Positions 27,341 to 41,639 of a stretch of 64,000 nt of DNA are shown piece by piece; the stretch's first letter is position 1; each line of letters opens with the position of its first letter. Below the pieces are notes generated by a model, which was given only the letters and a program-made list of their open reading frames with translations, did no database searches and was not told where the DNA came from. The stretch spans positions 310,062,001 through 310,126,000 of the forward strand of contig OZ024743.1 of the NCBI GenBank assembly GCA_964016885.1, in the 5' to 3' direction. A program made the position numbers and the translations under genes. This stretch comes from Eledone cirrhosa (lineage: Eukaryota).

Positions 27341-27799
27341 GGGTCGACGCCATATGATCTGGCACCCTAGGCGAGGGTAGATTCTGCGCCCCCGCCTCAT
27401 TGAAAAACATCAATTACAAAATTTATAAATTATGAACTTAATAAATTATTTTTTCAACATTTGAGCACAGACCAAAGGTAATTTAAATAACAAATTACCC
27501 CTCTGTGCTCAAATATCCGGACCCCCCCTTCTCAAAAAAGCACTACTTGATACTATTTTATTTCCAAAATTAAGGCAAGAATAAACAAACATATAGATAG
27601 ACATTAGTGATGAACTAACAGCATAATGGACAGTTGAACGGCGGACGGACACTCAATACTAATCAGGGACAATGGAACTGGGGAGGGGTTGGTTTGGCTT
27701 GCCACCCCCACCCCAATAATTATATTTTTCTCCCCAAACTACCAAAAACACACATCTATTTGTATATGCGCTACAATTTATGCACATGTTATGTAGAGA

Positions 27800-28289
27800 C
27801 AAATGGGAGATATAGATATATAGAGGAGGAGAGTTTGGTGGTAATTGATATAGAGAGGAAAATTGGGAGAGAGTGCTGTCTGGTTGATGTAGAGAGGGGG
27901 AGAGTTTTCTGTATATGAAAAAAGTGAGAGGTTTGATAGAGATAAGTATTGATAAATTTAGAGAGGGAGAAAGTTTGGTAGTGATGGATAGAGTGAGAGA
28001 AAATGAGATGTTGTAAGGTAGATATAGAGAGGGGGATAGTTTGGTGATAATTGATATATAGGGGGGGGGATTATATAACAGTGTAGTAGATATAGAGAGG
28101 GGGGAGATTGGTGTTAATGAATATAGTGAGAACTAGCAGAATGGCCCGGCGTTGCTCGGGATTTGCTCTAGGGTTCTTATATATGGTATATATATTTATC
28201 CGTATCGAGCCTCGTGAAATAAATACATTTGTTTATAATTTGTTATTGTGTATGCAAAAATATCTGTAAATATTTCGAAAAACGTTACA

Positions 28290-28329
<40 letters not shown>

Positions 28330-29240
28330 TATATATACATATATATACACACACATATATAGCGTCATAATGTTGTAATGCAGACAGATAGATATTATAA
28401 GGGCGCATCGTTATATCTATTTATCTATCTAAAAAGAAAGACTAAGAATTATAGAGAGAGATCGCTAAATCGCCTAATGCGGTCCCTAGGGTCCTAGGGA
28501 CATGTGTAAAGTTTGAAAAAAATCGGTTGGGTGGTTCTCGAGTGGGAGTCAGACAGACAGACAGACATTCTCTGTTTTAGATATATAGATGATTGATAGG
28601 TATAGGTATTGTTAGATACAGAGAGGGGAGAGTTTGGTAGTGATGGGTCGAGTGAGAGGGAATGAGAGAGAGTTTTGTATGGTAGATATAGAGAGGGACA
28701 TTGGGAGAGAGTGTTGTATGATAGATATAGAAAGGGGGAGAGTTTGGTGTTAATTGATATAGAGAGGGGGATTGATAGATATAGTTATTGATAAATATAG
28801 ATAGGGGGAGTTTGGTAGTGATGGATAGAGTGGGAGAGAATGAGATAGAATGTTCTATGGTTGATATAGAGAGGTTGTTTGGGAGAGTGTGTTGTCGATT
28901 AGTTATATGGAGCGGGTATATTGATGTTTATTGATACAGTGAAAGGGGTTGGAAGAGAGTTCCGTGTAACAGATATAGAGCGGGGAAGAATTTGATGTTT
29001 ATTGATATAGAAAGGGGGATTGGAAGAGAGTACCATGGAGTAGATATAGCGAGGGGGAGAGTTTGCTGTAAATTGATATAGTGAGGGGTATTGTAAGAGT
29101 TCCGTGTCGATATAGAGAGGAGGAGTATTTAGTGGTTGTAGATATACACCGAGGGATAATAAGAGTGCCGGATAGTAGATATAGAGAGGGTGAGAATTCA
29201 GGAGTGTTTAATATACAAAGGGGGATTGGGAGAGATAATC
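27800..29240. repeat. Degenerate purine-rich minisatellite
   Basis: Repeated GATATAGAGAGGGGGAGAGTTTGGT...GATATAGAGAG units, interrupted by a HINE-like element. Confidence 0.75.
28131..28590. mobile_element. Non-autonomous Helitron/Helentron (HINE/DINE-like)
   Basis: Starts ACTAGCAGAATGGCCCGGCGTTGCTCGGG; ends (GACA)n...TTTTAGATATATAGAT. Confidence 0.7.
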
Positions 29241-29521
29241 TAAACTATAATAAAGCAAGGAATGCGGGACTGCGTACGGTTTATCATTTTTTTATCCCCT
29301 TAGTAAAATAAGTTGGATTACATGGAATAAATAATGATTGAATATTACATAAATTATCTCCTAAATTTCATTATTTTTGATTAAATATAAATAATATTGT
29401 TGCTTATTTTAAGATTCACTTCTTTAAAATCTTCAAATGTCAACACTTCCGGTTAGTGATCGCTTAAATAAACATGCATATATTTCCGTCACTAATTTTC
29501 TCCTAATGCAGTTTATATATA

Positions 29522-29668
29522 ACTAGGAGAATGGTCCGGCGTTGTTCGGGATTTGCTCTAGGGTTCTTATATATTTGATATATATTTATCGTTATCGAGC
29601 CTCGTGAAATAAATACGTTTGTTTATATTTTGTTATTGTGTATGCAAAAATATCTGTACACGAAAATA

Positions 29669-29709
<41 letters not shown>

Positions 29710-30797
29710 CAGTACAGAGAACTACGGAATACCTCGACCTCGGGGTGGTGTCTACATTTTGTGCTTATAAGAAAAATTCGTCATAGATTAACAGGGTTTT
29801 TTTCCGTGCGAAGAAAATCAATACTTTATCGCGAAATAAATACTTTTGTTTATATTTTGTTATTGTGTATGCAAAAATGATATATATTTATCCTTATCGA
29901 GCCTCATGTAATTAATACGTTTACTTATATTTTGTTATTGTGTATGCAATAATATCTGTAAACGAATATATAATTATATATATATATTAAAATAACAGAT
30001 TAAAGTTTAAGCAAAGAATCGCTGCTTTCACCCTTAACGGGATCTTCTGAAACTAAAATAAAAAAAAACAATCTGTGTAAATATTTCGAAAAATGTTGCA
30101 ACCGAAGGAAAACAGGAAGACGATACTTTGGTTCGTGAAGATGTTCCCTGGCATAAGAATATATATATACACACACCCGCACACACACTGATCTCGTCAT
30201 AATGTCATAATAGAGACAGTCAGGCATACAGACAGATATTATAAAGGCGCGACGTAATATTATGTATCTATCTAAAAAGAGAAAGACTAAGAGAGAGAGA
30301 AAGAGATCTCTAAATCGCCTAGGGCATTGACAATTTGAATTTTTTTTTGCTGAGAACACTCAATAGGACCATACGTATTATATGTGTAAAGTTTTAAAAC
30401 AATCGGTTGGGCGGTTCTCGAGTTTTAGTGATTGAACAAACAGACAGACAAACAGACGTTCTTTGTTTTAGTAATATAGATAATACGTCATCAATATTTG
30501 TCATAATGTCGAAATGCAGAGAGCCAGGCATACAGACAGATATTATAAGGGCACGACAGAGATCGTTAACCAGCGCCTAACACCCCTTTAACAACAGAAA
30601 ATAAAAAAATAAAAGCTTCAGTTAATATATTTAGACCGCAAGGAATAAATAAATGCAAGTTTGAAGTCAATCGGAGTAGAAATGTGGATTTGTATAGACT
30701 TTGCGAAAATGAGGGGACCCCCCCCCCCCACTCACACACACACACACATACACACACACACAAACACAACTACAGTTTTATATATATATGTATAGAT
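29522..30797. mobile_element. Non-autonomous Helitron/Helentron (HINE-like), compound with internal duplications
   Basis: Starts ACTAGGAGAATGGTCCGGCGTTGTTCGGG; end-like motifs at ~30481 (TTTTAGTAATATAGAT) and ~30797. Confidence 0.65.
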
Positions 30798-31541
30798 ATC
30801 GTCTTTTTTTAATGTATCATGGATTACGTTACTGATTACATAAGACAGTGTAACGCAGTCTTCGTTCAATTTCTGTGCATATTGTCAATTACTATTTTAT
30901 TTGATGTAGCATATCTACATGCATTTATATTTGCGTAAAATATCAATATGCACACTACACATGCTAGCAGAAAACTACCCGAAGGTAGAGAGGGGTCGAG
31001 ATTGGTTTCAGCAGATACAGAGAGGAGGGTTAAAAGAGCGTTTTATGTGACAGACAAATAATAGGAGGGGGGCTAATGGGGCGGAGCTTGGAAAATCATT
31101 AATTATATAGTGTACATTCTTAAATATGCGATTTCTTGTAATGTTCTTCTTTTGTCATATATGTGTTTTTAATGTAAAATAAAATAATTAGATTCTCCAG
31201 CTGCGTATCAATATGAAACAATAAAATTTCGCCGGAGTTAGATTCGCAAAATTTGATAAACGAGGCGTGGAGTCGATTATTCAAGACCTGAGAGTACGTG
31301 AATTATTGACAGACATAAGAATGAAAACTCAAAACCGAAATAGAGTTTAAATATTCATTTATTATGGCCAAGCCTTGTTACTCTGGAGACTCACCTGCGT
31401 ACTCACCAGGAAAGTCTGGTGATACTGTGAGTGCACTTGTAAAATACCAGTATTATACCATTCTCTTACCAAGTGCGAAGAAGCTCGATATATCAACGCC
31501 TTAGGAAAGGGCACAGAGCACAATTTTTAAAAAATGATATA

Positions 31542-32072
31542 CAGGGTGGAGCAGAAAGGTTGCCCCGATTTGAAAGGTTAATAAAAAACAAACACATGAT
31601 CATAAGAGAAATACCTTGTATTTATAATAAGTACATTACATGCCATTAATTTTCTGTTTCAGGTAGTACCCCACCACGACCTGGAGTGGAGATAATCGTG
31701 CATCTGTTGTAGAAGAGTTTCTTAAGAAGGGTGAGTACGTCGTAACGACGCAGCGTTCCTTTCGAAGACACTTTGCGCTTCGTCGTCATGATCCCGTACC
31801 GGATGAAAAAACAATTCATCTGTAGGTTTCTAACTTTAGACAAACATCATCGGCTTTAAAAAAGAAAAGTCCTGGCCGTCCTAGGACCACTAGAGGGCCA
31901 GAAAATGTAGCAGATGTGGCAGCTTCAATACAGCAGTCTCCCAGACGTTCCGCACGAAAACCACTTAAACCTCAATGGCATGTAATGTACTTATTATAAA
32001 TACAAAGTTTTTTCTTATCTGTTTGTTTTTTATTAACCTTTGAAATCGGGGCCATCTTTCTGCCCCACCCTG
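31542..32072 (+). mobile_element. Tc1/mariner-superfamily internal deletion derivative
   Basis: ~100-bp TIRs CAGGGTGG(A/G)GCAGAAAG...ACATGCCATT with TA on both sides; interior encodes an HTH-like transposase N-terminus (TQRSFRRHF...VPDEKTI...NFRQT...KKSPGRPRT..PENV..V...IQQSPRRSARK). Confidence 0.88.
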
Positions 32073-32078
32073 TATATA

Positions 32079-32280
32079 CAGTGACGGTGGACCTGGGGAG
32101 GGGTATCCCCCCTCCAATAATTATATTTTCTCCCAAACTACCAAAACACACATGGGTATGTTTAGAGCATATCGAAATTTTCAGACCATTTTAAAGTGCA
32201 AAGAGCTAAACTAATCACTATAACTAAATTTTCCAAATGTGTCCCCCATTCCCAATTCAGAAATGCTTCCACCACCCTTG
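32079..32280. mobile_element. Small hAT-like MITE
   Basis: Ends CAGTGACGGTGGA / TCCACCACCCTTG; left part similar to 27663-27755. Confidence 0.45.
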
Positions 32281-32989
32281 CTAGTACACATGAAACTAAA
32301 TTTGGTTGAGGGATAAATGCAGATAGAAAGGCAATTCAAAAACTCATTTTGTGTGCCTTTTTCACGGCAAAGTTTTAAACCAATTCAGCTAAACCAAGTG
32401 TTGAAGCCTGGACATGTTCAATTGATATAGTTGCCAAACCAACTAGTTTCTCTTGCAACATTGTAGAGTGAATGTAAGATTTTATAAGTTTGAGATTTGA
32501 GAAACTACTCTCACCACTTTTTGGCTTGTTCTGGTCAGACTCAATATACCCTGTTATTTGTCCCTGAATGAAATAAACCAGGATAAAAATCTACCCTCAA
32601 TAAAATTGAAACTTTCTTTTTTTCAAAATTGTTGTTGATATGGAGAAATGCGCCCCGTGAAATCAGTGCCCTAGGCGGCTACCTAGTTTCCCTATAGCGC
32701 CGTCACATGTACACATATAATTCAATACATACAGATCCACACATGCAATAACAACCATACCTACATACACGTTATACCAACACATACAGTTTACAGAATT
32801 ATATACCAAGCTGGTGTTGTCTAAATTCCAATGAAAGAGTCTTGTTGGTATGTTAGAAACCAGCGGTCTCTCAATAAGTGAAAATATATAAAATAATGAA
32901 ACCAGAAGAAAATACAAGCATGTTTTTACACACACACTTACACACATATCTATATATATGTAAATCTCTCTCATTTCTCGCTCCCCCCC

Positions 32990-33038
<49 letters not shown>

Positions 33039-33638
33039 GAGATATATAGAGGGGGGTTGTAACTAAGACTGTTTGATTGCCCCAAATTTAAATTACGTCC
33101 TTTCAGAATAAATCAATTCCAATCTCGAAACCCTATAGGTTCTTATTCAGGCACTATGCCGAAATTTAGCGTACACATCTAATATATGACAAAATAAAAA
33201 GACCATGAAACTAGATATAAATTCGCTGTAAACCTTACTTCAAACAAAAACAGAATAAAGCGATTCTGGAGAACGCGAAAATAATTGAAGGTAACTTGTA
33301 TCAGAAATATATTACACACCATACGACACAAAAACAAACATTTAAACTCGACACACAATTAAAAGGTTAAATTTGTTGAATGATATCAGCTTGAAAATAA
33401 AACTAAATACTATCTAAATAAATAAAATGAATATGTATATATACGCACTCAAATTAACACATGCTTGTTCGCAATCAGAGAGTGTTTGCAATTTGGTGTC
33501 GAAACGGTAAGAATTCAGCCGTAGTAACCCAAATATCTACTATATTGACACTCTCCTATCCCAAGTATCGTGTACTCTGCTGCAAAATGGTCTCACTAGT
33601 TTAAACTTATAAAATCCTGATTTATATCTATCTATCTA

Positions 33639-33671
<33 letters not shown>

Positions 33672-33836
33672 ATATATATATCTATATATCTATATATCTA
33701 TATATCTATATATATATCTATCTATCTATATATATATATTTATATCTATCTATCTATCTATATATATATATATATATATCTATATATATATATATATATC
33801 TATATGTATATATATCTATATATATATCTATCTATC

Positions 33837-33867
<31 letters not shown>

Positions 33868-33884
33868 ATAATATATATATAGAA

Positions 33885-34400
33885 ATAATAATAAATGTGA
33901 AGACTAAAATCCGAAGAGGGCTCGATAAGGATAAATATATATCAAATATCTAAGAACCCTAGAGCAAATATTTATTAAAATAACAGATTAAAGTTTAATC
34001 AAAGAATCGCTGCTTTGACCGTTAACGGGATCTTCTGAAACTAGAAAAATAATCTGTGAACGCAGAAGTAAATATTTCGAAAATCGTTGCAACCGAAGGA
34101 AAACAGGAAGACGATACTTTGGTTCGTGAAGACGTTCCCTGGCAACGAACGAAAAAAAGTGAAGATAATACGTCATTGTTTGGAGCGTCCAAAACAATTA
34201 AACGCAAGGACAAAACCACGTTTATGGTATAAATGAATTCGTAGACTAATATTCTATTAGGTGGTTCGTGGAGACGTTCTCTGGCAATGAACAAAAAACG
34301 AAGATAATACGTCGTTATGTGCTGCGTGAGAACAAATACACGCAAAGACAAAACCATGTTTATGGTATAAATGGAGCCATTAGGCTAATATTCTATTTAG
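33885..34400. repeat. Dispersed repeat shared with HINE interiors
   Basis: Matches 14540-14670, 22525-22710, 7500-7610 and 29985-30150. Confidence 0.7.
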
Positions 34401-34439
34401 GAAACCGAATGATTCTCGGCTTCTGAGTTAAGAATAATG

Positions 34440-34660
34440 GTTTCTTATTTAGGCACAAGGCCAGCAATTTTTTTTTTGGGGGGGGGGTCGATGAAATTGA
34501 CCCCTGTGCGTGACTGGTACTTTATTTTATCGACCTCGTAAGGATGAAAGGCAAAGTTAACCTTCACGGGATTTGAACTCAGATCATAAAGGGCCGTAAC
34601 ACTATGCGGCAAAGCATGGCGTCCGACTTTCTACCGATACTGCCAATCCTCCGCCTTTCT
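34440..34660 (-). mobile_element. SINE copy (family A)
   Basis: AGGCACAAGGCCAGCAATT...GGATGAAAGGCAAAGTTAACC...GAACTCAGA. Confidence 0.8.
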
Positions 34661-35797
34661 GAGTTAAGAATAATGTAAATAAATTAGTTGAACGAAAATG
34701 ATAGGTTATTAAAATCATAAAAGTAATTATAAGTAAATATATACAAACATACATGCACGTACACATAAACACGCGCACACATGCGTAAACCCGCGCGACA
34801 CATGTACCCGCACGCATACAAACGTGTACACCAAATACGCATATAAAAATATATGTGTGTGTATACATATAATTATATAAACGTATATATATATATGTGT
34901 ATTTGGTGTATCACTTTATTTAAGAGCTCAAGCCGTCGAAACGGCTTGAGCTCTGCCGTCGGGGTCTTGAATATTTTCCTATATACATATATATATATGT
35001 GGGGGGGGGGGCGACAATCAAATGTTCGCATCTAATTCTCCAATGGAAACTTTGCCGTTATTCTTTTGAATACGTGCGTCAATTTGAACTTTAATACTGC
35101 CCACTCCCTTTATAAATTTGGGTCTTATGTTTTATTACATATCAATCAAATTATTAAGGTTCTACCATTGTTTTAGTAAAACTTTCGAATTTATTATATA
35201 TACAATAGTTGAAAAGGCTGTTGAATCTATGAATACGAACGTCAGTCAAGACATACTAAACATGAATTACAGAAGTTTTCCTAAGTCTGATCAATAAGTA
35301 GACACCGACAATATTGAACTAAATTAAATATATCTAGGTATCTATCTAGCAACGATATACAATATTATAAATAATGAATCGGTAAATTTCCTTTAGTGTG
35401 AACAAATTGAATATCATGTTTTATATTAGTATTAAATACGTTAACTTATTGTTGTACATGTGTTACTATAATCATTTTATAAAAGTATATACGTTAACTT
35501 TTTTGCTACATAGTAAAAAGTTGAAAATCTATGTAGAAACTTGCATTTTCTATTTTTATGAAAAAGATATTTTATTTGAACCCCTCCTCGGAGTTTTTCT
35601 AACATACGAAGTAATGTTAAATATATTTAATGCGTTTAGTTTAGTTTAAATTATAATTTTACGGACATTTATGAATAAGTTTGTTTATTTCCATTTCTAA
35701 AACTGCTCATATCTGCAAAAGTATTATATTTTGTTCCAGCATTCGCTACCTTCAATCAAAACCAGACTTAATTAGATACCCAAAATAGTGTGCACAA

Positions 35798-35835
35798 GTT
35801 CTTCTGATGAAGGCCTTGCGTCCGAAACGTAAAGA
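35798..35835 (+). ncRNA. Minimal type I hammerhead ribozyme
   Basis: TCTT-CTGATGA-A-GG..CC-GAAA-CG-TA-AAGA. Confidence 0.75.
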
Positions 35836-35915
35836 CACTCTTCCTGCTATATTAAGCGTTAACCTTATATATTCCTTCCATATACTGTACCGGTTGTGTT
35901 GTTATTTCTGTTTAC

Positions 35916-35960
<45 letters not shown>

Positions 35961-35994
35961 ATATTTGAGGAGGGTCCTATTGTTATGATATTGG

Positions 35995-36200
35995 TTTCTT
36001 ATATAGGCACAAGGCCAGCAATTTGGGGGGAGGAGAAAGTCGATTAGATCGACCCCAGTGCGTGACTGGTACTTTATTTTATCGACCCTCAAGGATGAAA
36101 GGCAAAGTTAACCTCGGCGGGATTTGAACTCAGATCATAAAGGCCCGTAACTCTATGCTACAAAGCACGGTGTCCGACTCTCTACCGATACTGCCCTTCA
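35995..36200 (-). mobile_element. SINE copy (family A)
   Basis: Near-identical to 34440-34660. Confidence 0.8.
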
Positions 36201-36353
36201 TATTGTTATAATATTGACAGAAATAATAATAAAACACACTAATATATGCAGCTGGGAAGTATTTGACGTATTTTTCTATCTCATTCGCTTTACCTATTCT
36301 GATTATATATATATATTTCAGATAAAGAATCTTGCTAAACAAATTCAGAAACG

Positions 36354-36499
<146 letters not shown>

Positions 36500-36553
36500 C
36501 GTTTCTGAATTTGTTTAGCAAGATTCTTTATCTGAAATCGTATGTTGAAACCG

Positions 36554-36932
36554 ATATTGTTATACTTTGGGAGGGTCATGTTGCCAATAAGAAACACACG
36601 CACCAGTTGCTTTCACTTCAATTTAATTTATTAAATATTTATAAATTTACAAATTTATAAATTTCTGGTTGGTTGGTTGGTTCCACAACCAGATAGTTGT
36701 TTATATATATATAGTCATAGTTCTTTCGTCACACACTCTGTGACCTCTTCAGTGACTGGGGATTTCTTTCTTCGTTTCTGTGCCTTTCCTTTCTTCTATC
36801 CTACGCCATTTTGTTTGTGTGTGGGTTGCGTGGTCAGTTTGCGCATGCGCCACATCCGGGTGTCTGTGTGTGTTTGTGTTCATTTTTCTATTTTTCTATT
36901 TTTCTATTGGCAACATGACCCTCCCAAAGTAT

Positions 36933-36940
<8 letters not shown>
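36554..36940 (-). mobile_element. PLE pseudo-LTR-derived cassette with ~36-bp inverted ends
   Basis: ATATTGTTATACTTTGGGAGGGTCATGTTGCCAATA and its reverse complement flank an HHR. Confidence 0.75.
36713..36757 (-). ncRNA. Minimal type I hammerhead ribozyme
   Basis: AGTCA-CTGAAGA-G-GTCACA-GAGTG-TGTGAC-GAAA-GAAC-TA-TGACT. Confidence 0.88.
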
Positions 36941-36985
<45 letters not shown>

Positions 36986-37002
36986 TATATATATATATTA
37001 TA

Positions 37003-37062
<60 letters not shown>

Positions 37063-37199
37063 ATATATATATATATAGATATATATATATATATTATATA
37101 TATATATATAGATATATATATATATATTATATATATATTATATATATATATATAGATATATATATATATATTATATATATATTATATATATATATATAG

Positions 37200-37273
<74 letters not shown>

Positions 37274-37295
37274 TATATATATATTATATATGTAT

Positions 37296-37373
<78 letters not shown>

Positions 37374-37429
37374 CGTTATTCCGGGTTGAATCGGAGGTAA
37401 CCACAGAATCTCATCTATATTAAAACTAT

Positions 37430-37569
<140 letters not shown>

Positions 37570-38482
37570 ATATATATTATATATATATATATATTATATA
37601 TATAATATATATATATATATATTATATATATTACATATATATATTATATATATATTATATATATATTATATATATTATATATATTACATATATATTATAT
37701 ATATATTATATATATATATATGAGAATGAAAAATGGCGTGCTTCGTTGTTGCGAATAGGAACATATGAATAAAAATAGACCAAGAGATTAAATGTCGCTC
37801 ATCAGTAGTCTGCTGATTCTCGTTGGTATTTCTTCACATTAAAGACTAGATACCTAAAATCAGTGCGAGCGATAACTAAATTTAGTTATCGGGACAGAGG
37901 AAAAGAGAGGGAAGGAAACAAACAACATGGTAGTAATGCAACGTAAAGAGAGACAAGTCAATGAATCTTGTGGGCTTAAGTCCGATAAATCAAATTGACG
38001 AGAAGAAATAAACACGTCCGAATCACGAGAATATTGAGAGGGGAAAGAAATTCAAGCAGGTCAGACGGGAGGAAGTGAGAGAGGAGTAGCAGAGAGGGAG
38101 TGAGTGAAAGTGTGAGGAAGGGGCCAGCCTAGTGTAAGTGACCAGCAGCTGGAGTGGAGGAAGGTAAGAGGTGAAGGAGTAATTCATTGAAGTGTAGCAG
38201 ACATGGTACAGCGGACTGATACATGTCGTAAGAATTATGATGACGTAGACATCCAGCGGCCAATGACTGGACGCACGAAGAGGATGATAATTTTGACGGT
38301 ACTGGCCCAGAGGGTAGATACCCCAGTGAGAGAATATGCTCCGAAATCATTAGACGTGTCCGTCGAAACTGCGGGTCCAGAATCAAACAGATCCACACAA
38401 TTATCGCGTCTCGAGCTGTCCCCCGGCGAAACAATTGTAACACACAATAAATGGAGTTCATATGCATCACTGATTTTTCGTT

Positions 38483-38525
<43 letters not shown>

Positions 38526-38794
38526 GGGAGGGGGTATGTATATGTATTTCTTGTAGAATTGACTTCTACAGGTGTAGAATTATTCCCTCCCTTTGAAATC
38601 ATCATGAATATCCTGATGAGTTTAAACGAAAGAAACGGTTCCTGTCATGTAGAATAAAATTTAGTGCTGCGAAAACTGGGGCAGTCACATATAGGATGCA
38701 CAGTGCACCCTATATCTGAGTGGAGTTCCCGTATGATGGAGGGAAGGAGGCTGAATTGCAGAAGCTGGTGCAATAATGCGCGAGATTCAGCATT

Positions 38795-39060
38795 CGGTCA
38801 TCAGAAGAAGAAAAGTAGGTGTAAAACCAAGTTCATTCTCTTTAATTCGGTATTCGTGCTAACCCTTACCTATGATCATGAATTTTGGGTAATAATCGAC
38901 GGAATACGAACGCGAATACAAGCAACCGAAATGGGATTCATTCGGTGTCTTTGGAGTAGCGCTATTCGATAGTCTGCGTAGCACGGAGAGCAAGGAGTCG
39001 CTTTAGAGCCAGTACGCCTACCAATTGAGCTATCGCAGCTCTAATATGGTTAGAATATCT
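38795..39060 (+). pseudogene. RTE-clade LINE fragment
   Basis: KTKFILFNSVFVLTLTYDHEFWVI...IRTRIQATEMGFIR; homologous to 10641-10850. Confidence 0.75.
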
Positions 39061-39949
39061 TATAACGAACATGTGGTTAGAATATCTTATAATTGTTTCT
39101 ACTTTAGGCACAAGGCCAGCAATCACCCAGTGCATTACTGGTACTTTATTTTATATGTCTTATATATATTATATATATTATATATATATATATATTATAT
39201 ATATTATATATATTTTATATATATTATATATATTTTAGAATATCTTATAATGCAACAAACCTTAATAATTGAGAAGACATGGTTATTCGAGTACGACTCG
39301 TAAATCAAAGCTCAGTCGTTGCAATGCATCAAGAATACGTGCCTGAAAGACAAACAGCTACAAAGGGATTTTACTACGGTATCCTCTAATATCTTTGCAA
39401 GGGACTGGATCTTTGGACATCATAAAAAGAACACCGGCATCATAACAATTCCCTAGCTCATTTATTGCTGCTGATTCAATATTTCTTGTCAAACCAATGT
39501 ATTTCTTTCATTTGTCTGGCTCCCTATTCTCCAAACATGTCCCCTCCTGATTTCTGTTATTCCCCAAAACGACGAAGATGCCATTGGTGATTTTTCCCTG
39601 TTTGATTGATGGCGCACCATCGCTCTCTCTCTGGTGTGTTGTCTTCTCTACATATTGTATTATAAAGGGCACGGGATTCCTTCTCCTTTGAGTACATTAA
39701 TGACAGGGAATAGCGAGAGTCTGTGGCTCCGTTAATTTATCGTGATATTTCGTTCCTTATAACAGTATCTTCTCTCTCTCTATTTGATTGAGCACACTTC
39801 TCTGAGTGGTTTGGTCTGCCCTTTCTAGAAGCTCGTCCCTCAGAGTCCACTGGTTGCTGCCCTAGGCACTCTGTGAATTTCTCTCTACCACGTGTGGCTG
39901 GACGGTCGCTTTAGATTCTTTTAGTGTTGTCTGAAACGTATAGCCTTAC

Positions 39950-40013
39950 ACGCGCTGATGAACCATAGGCTAATCATTTCTGTCAACAAATTAGTTGGTG
40001 AAACAGATCCCGT
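39950..40013 (+). ncRNA. Degenerate hammerhead ribozyme
   Basis: CTGATGA-ACCA..CTAAT-loop-ATTAG.TGGT-GAAA-CAGA-TC. Confidence 0.55.
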
Positions 40014-40197
40014 TGGATGTGTACGTGTGTGTTAGATGGTTATCAAGGTACGTATTTGCACTGTGATTTATACTTTTAATTATTGTGTCTACTTTGCATT
40101 CAATGGGCTATAGATTCCATACACTGGTGATTTCTTCCTGTTTGACTGATGGCGCACCATCTCTCTCTCTGGTGTGTTATATTCTCTACATATTGTA

Positions 40198-40273
<76 letters not shown>

Positions 40274-40325
40274 CATATATATGTATATTATAAATATATA
40301 TGTATATTATAAATATATATTTATA

Positions 40326-40361
<36 letters not shown>

Positions 40362-40529
40362 AAAAAGTATGATCCCGACAGCAGAGCTCAAGCCGTTTCG
40401 ACGGCTATTTCTGGACTATTTAGTCCAGAAATAGCCGTCGAAACGGCTTGACCTCTGCCGTCGGAGTCATACTTTTTCTTATTTCCCACTCTACTACCCT
40501 AAGTATTGAGTATTCTGGTGCGTTATGGT

Positions 40530-40869
40530 TCATTTTTTTTTCAACACATCGTTTTCGGTATGCCTAACCGACTTAGCTCACTCGATATGCAAATTAGGCT
40601 GCTCAGCCGTTAATTTTCATAAGGAAAGTATATACTTTCGAACGTTCAACTATCTGGCAGATGGGTATACGGTGCTAATGATAGCTAACAAGCTTGAAAC
40701 TAGTACATCGTTCCTGTGTCAGTGTTGAACAAAAAGGTGACGTGGTTGCCTTAACACCGTACGGCATAAAAATTCAGGCTGTTCAGTTTGTTTACAAACG
40801 AACAAAGCGGCGTTATAATAAGCGTCTGCTAAACTGATACGTGCATATATGTATGTGTACCTGTATGTA

Positions 40870-40926
<57 letters not shown>

Positions 40927-41366
40927 GCATGCTACTGTACGTCTGTATACATATATGTATGTACGTATACACACATACTTACATTTAAGTAAGTGCCGTA
41001 CTAAGAGTGAGAAATGAAATTTCGGTTTCATTTTTTTTCAACTCATCGTTTTCGGTATGCCTGACCGACTTAGCTCACTCGATATGCAAATTAGGCTGCT
41101 CAGCCGTTAATTTTCATAAGGAAAGTATATACTTTCGAACGTTCAACTATCTGGCAGATGGGTATACGATGCTAATGATAGCTAACAAGCTTGAAACTAG
41201 TACATCGTTCCTGTGTCAGTGTTGAACAAAAAGGTGACGTGGTTGCCTTAACACCGTACGGCATAAAAATTCAGGCTGTTCAGTTTGTTTACAAACGAAC
41301 AAAGCGGCGTTATAATAAGCGTCTGCTAAACTGATACGTGCATATATGTATCTGTACCTGTATGTA

Positions 41367-41450
<84 letters not shown>

Positions 41451-41564
41451 TTCTACTGTACGTCTGTATACATATATGTATGTACGTATACACACATATT
41501 TACATTTAAGTAAGTGCCGTACTAAGAGTGAGAAATGAAATTTCGGTTTCATTTTTTTTTTCAA

Positions 41565-41565
<1 letters not shown>
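40530..41565 (+). repeat. Tandem (497-bp period) second subfamily of the HHR repeat
   Basis: Two units homologous to 22828-23865; HHR-like motifs at 40669-40711 and 41166-41208 with core CTAATGA. Confidence 0.85.
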
Positions 41566-41638
<73 letters not shown>

Positions 41639-41639
41639 A

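Noticed and set aside
27800-29240. Repeat/spacer-like periodicity suggesting CRISPR
   Set aside because: Eukaryotic context, degenerate units with no unique spacers and no cas genes; ordinary minisatellite
33440-33530. Long hairpin followed by GAAA-CGGT..AGCCG-TA
   Set aside because: No CTGANGA box upstream; at most a remnant
37735-37815. CTGATGA-GCGA...TCGC on the - strand
   Set aside because: GAAA does not follow stem II
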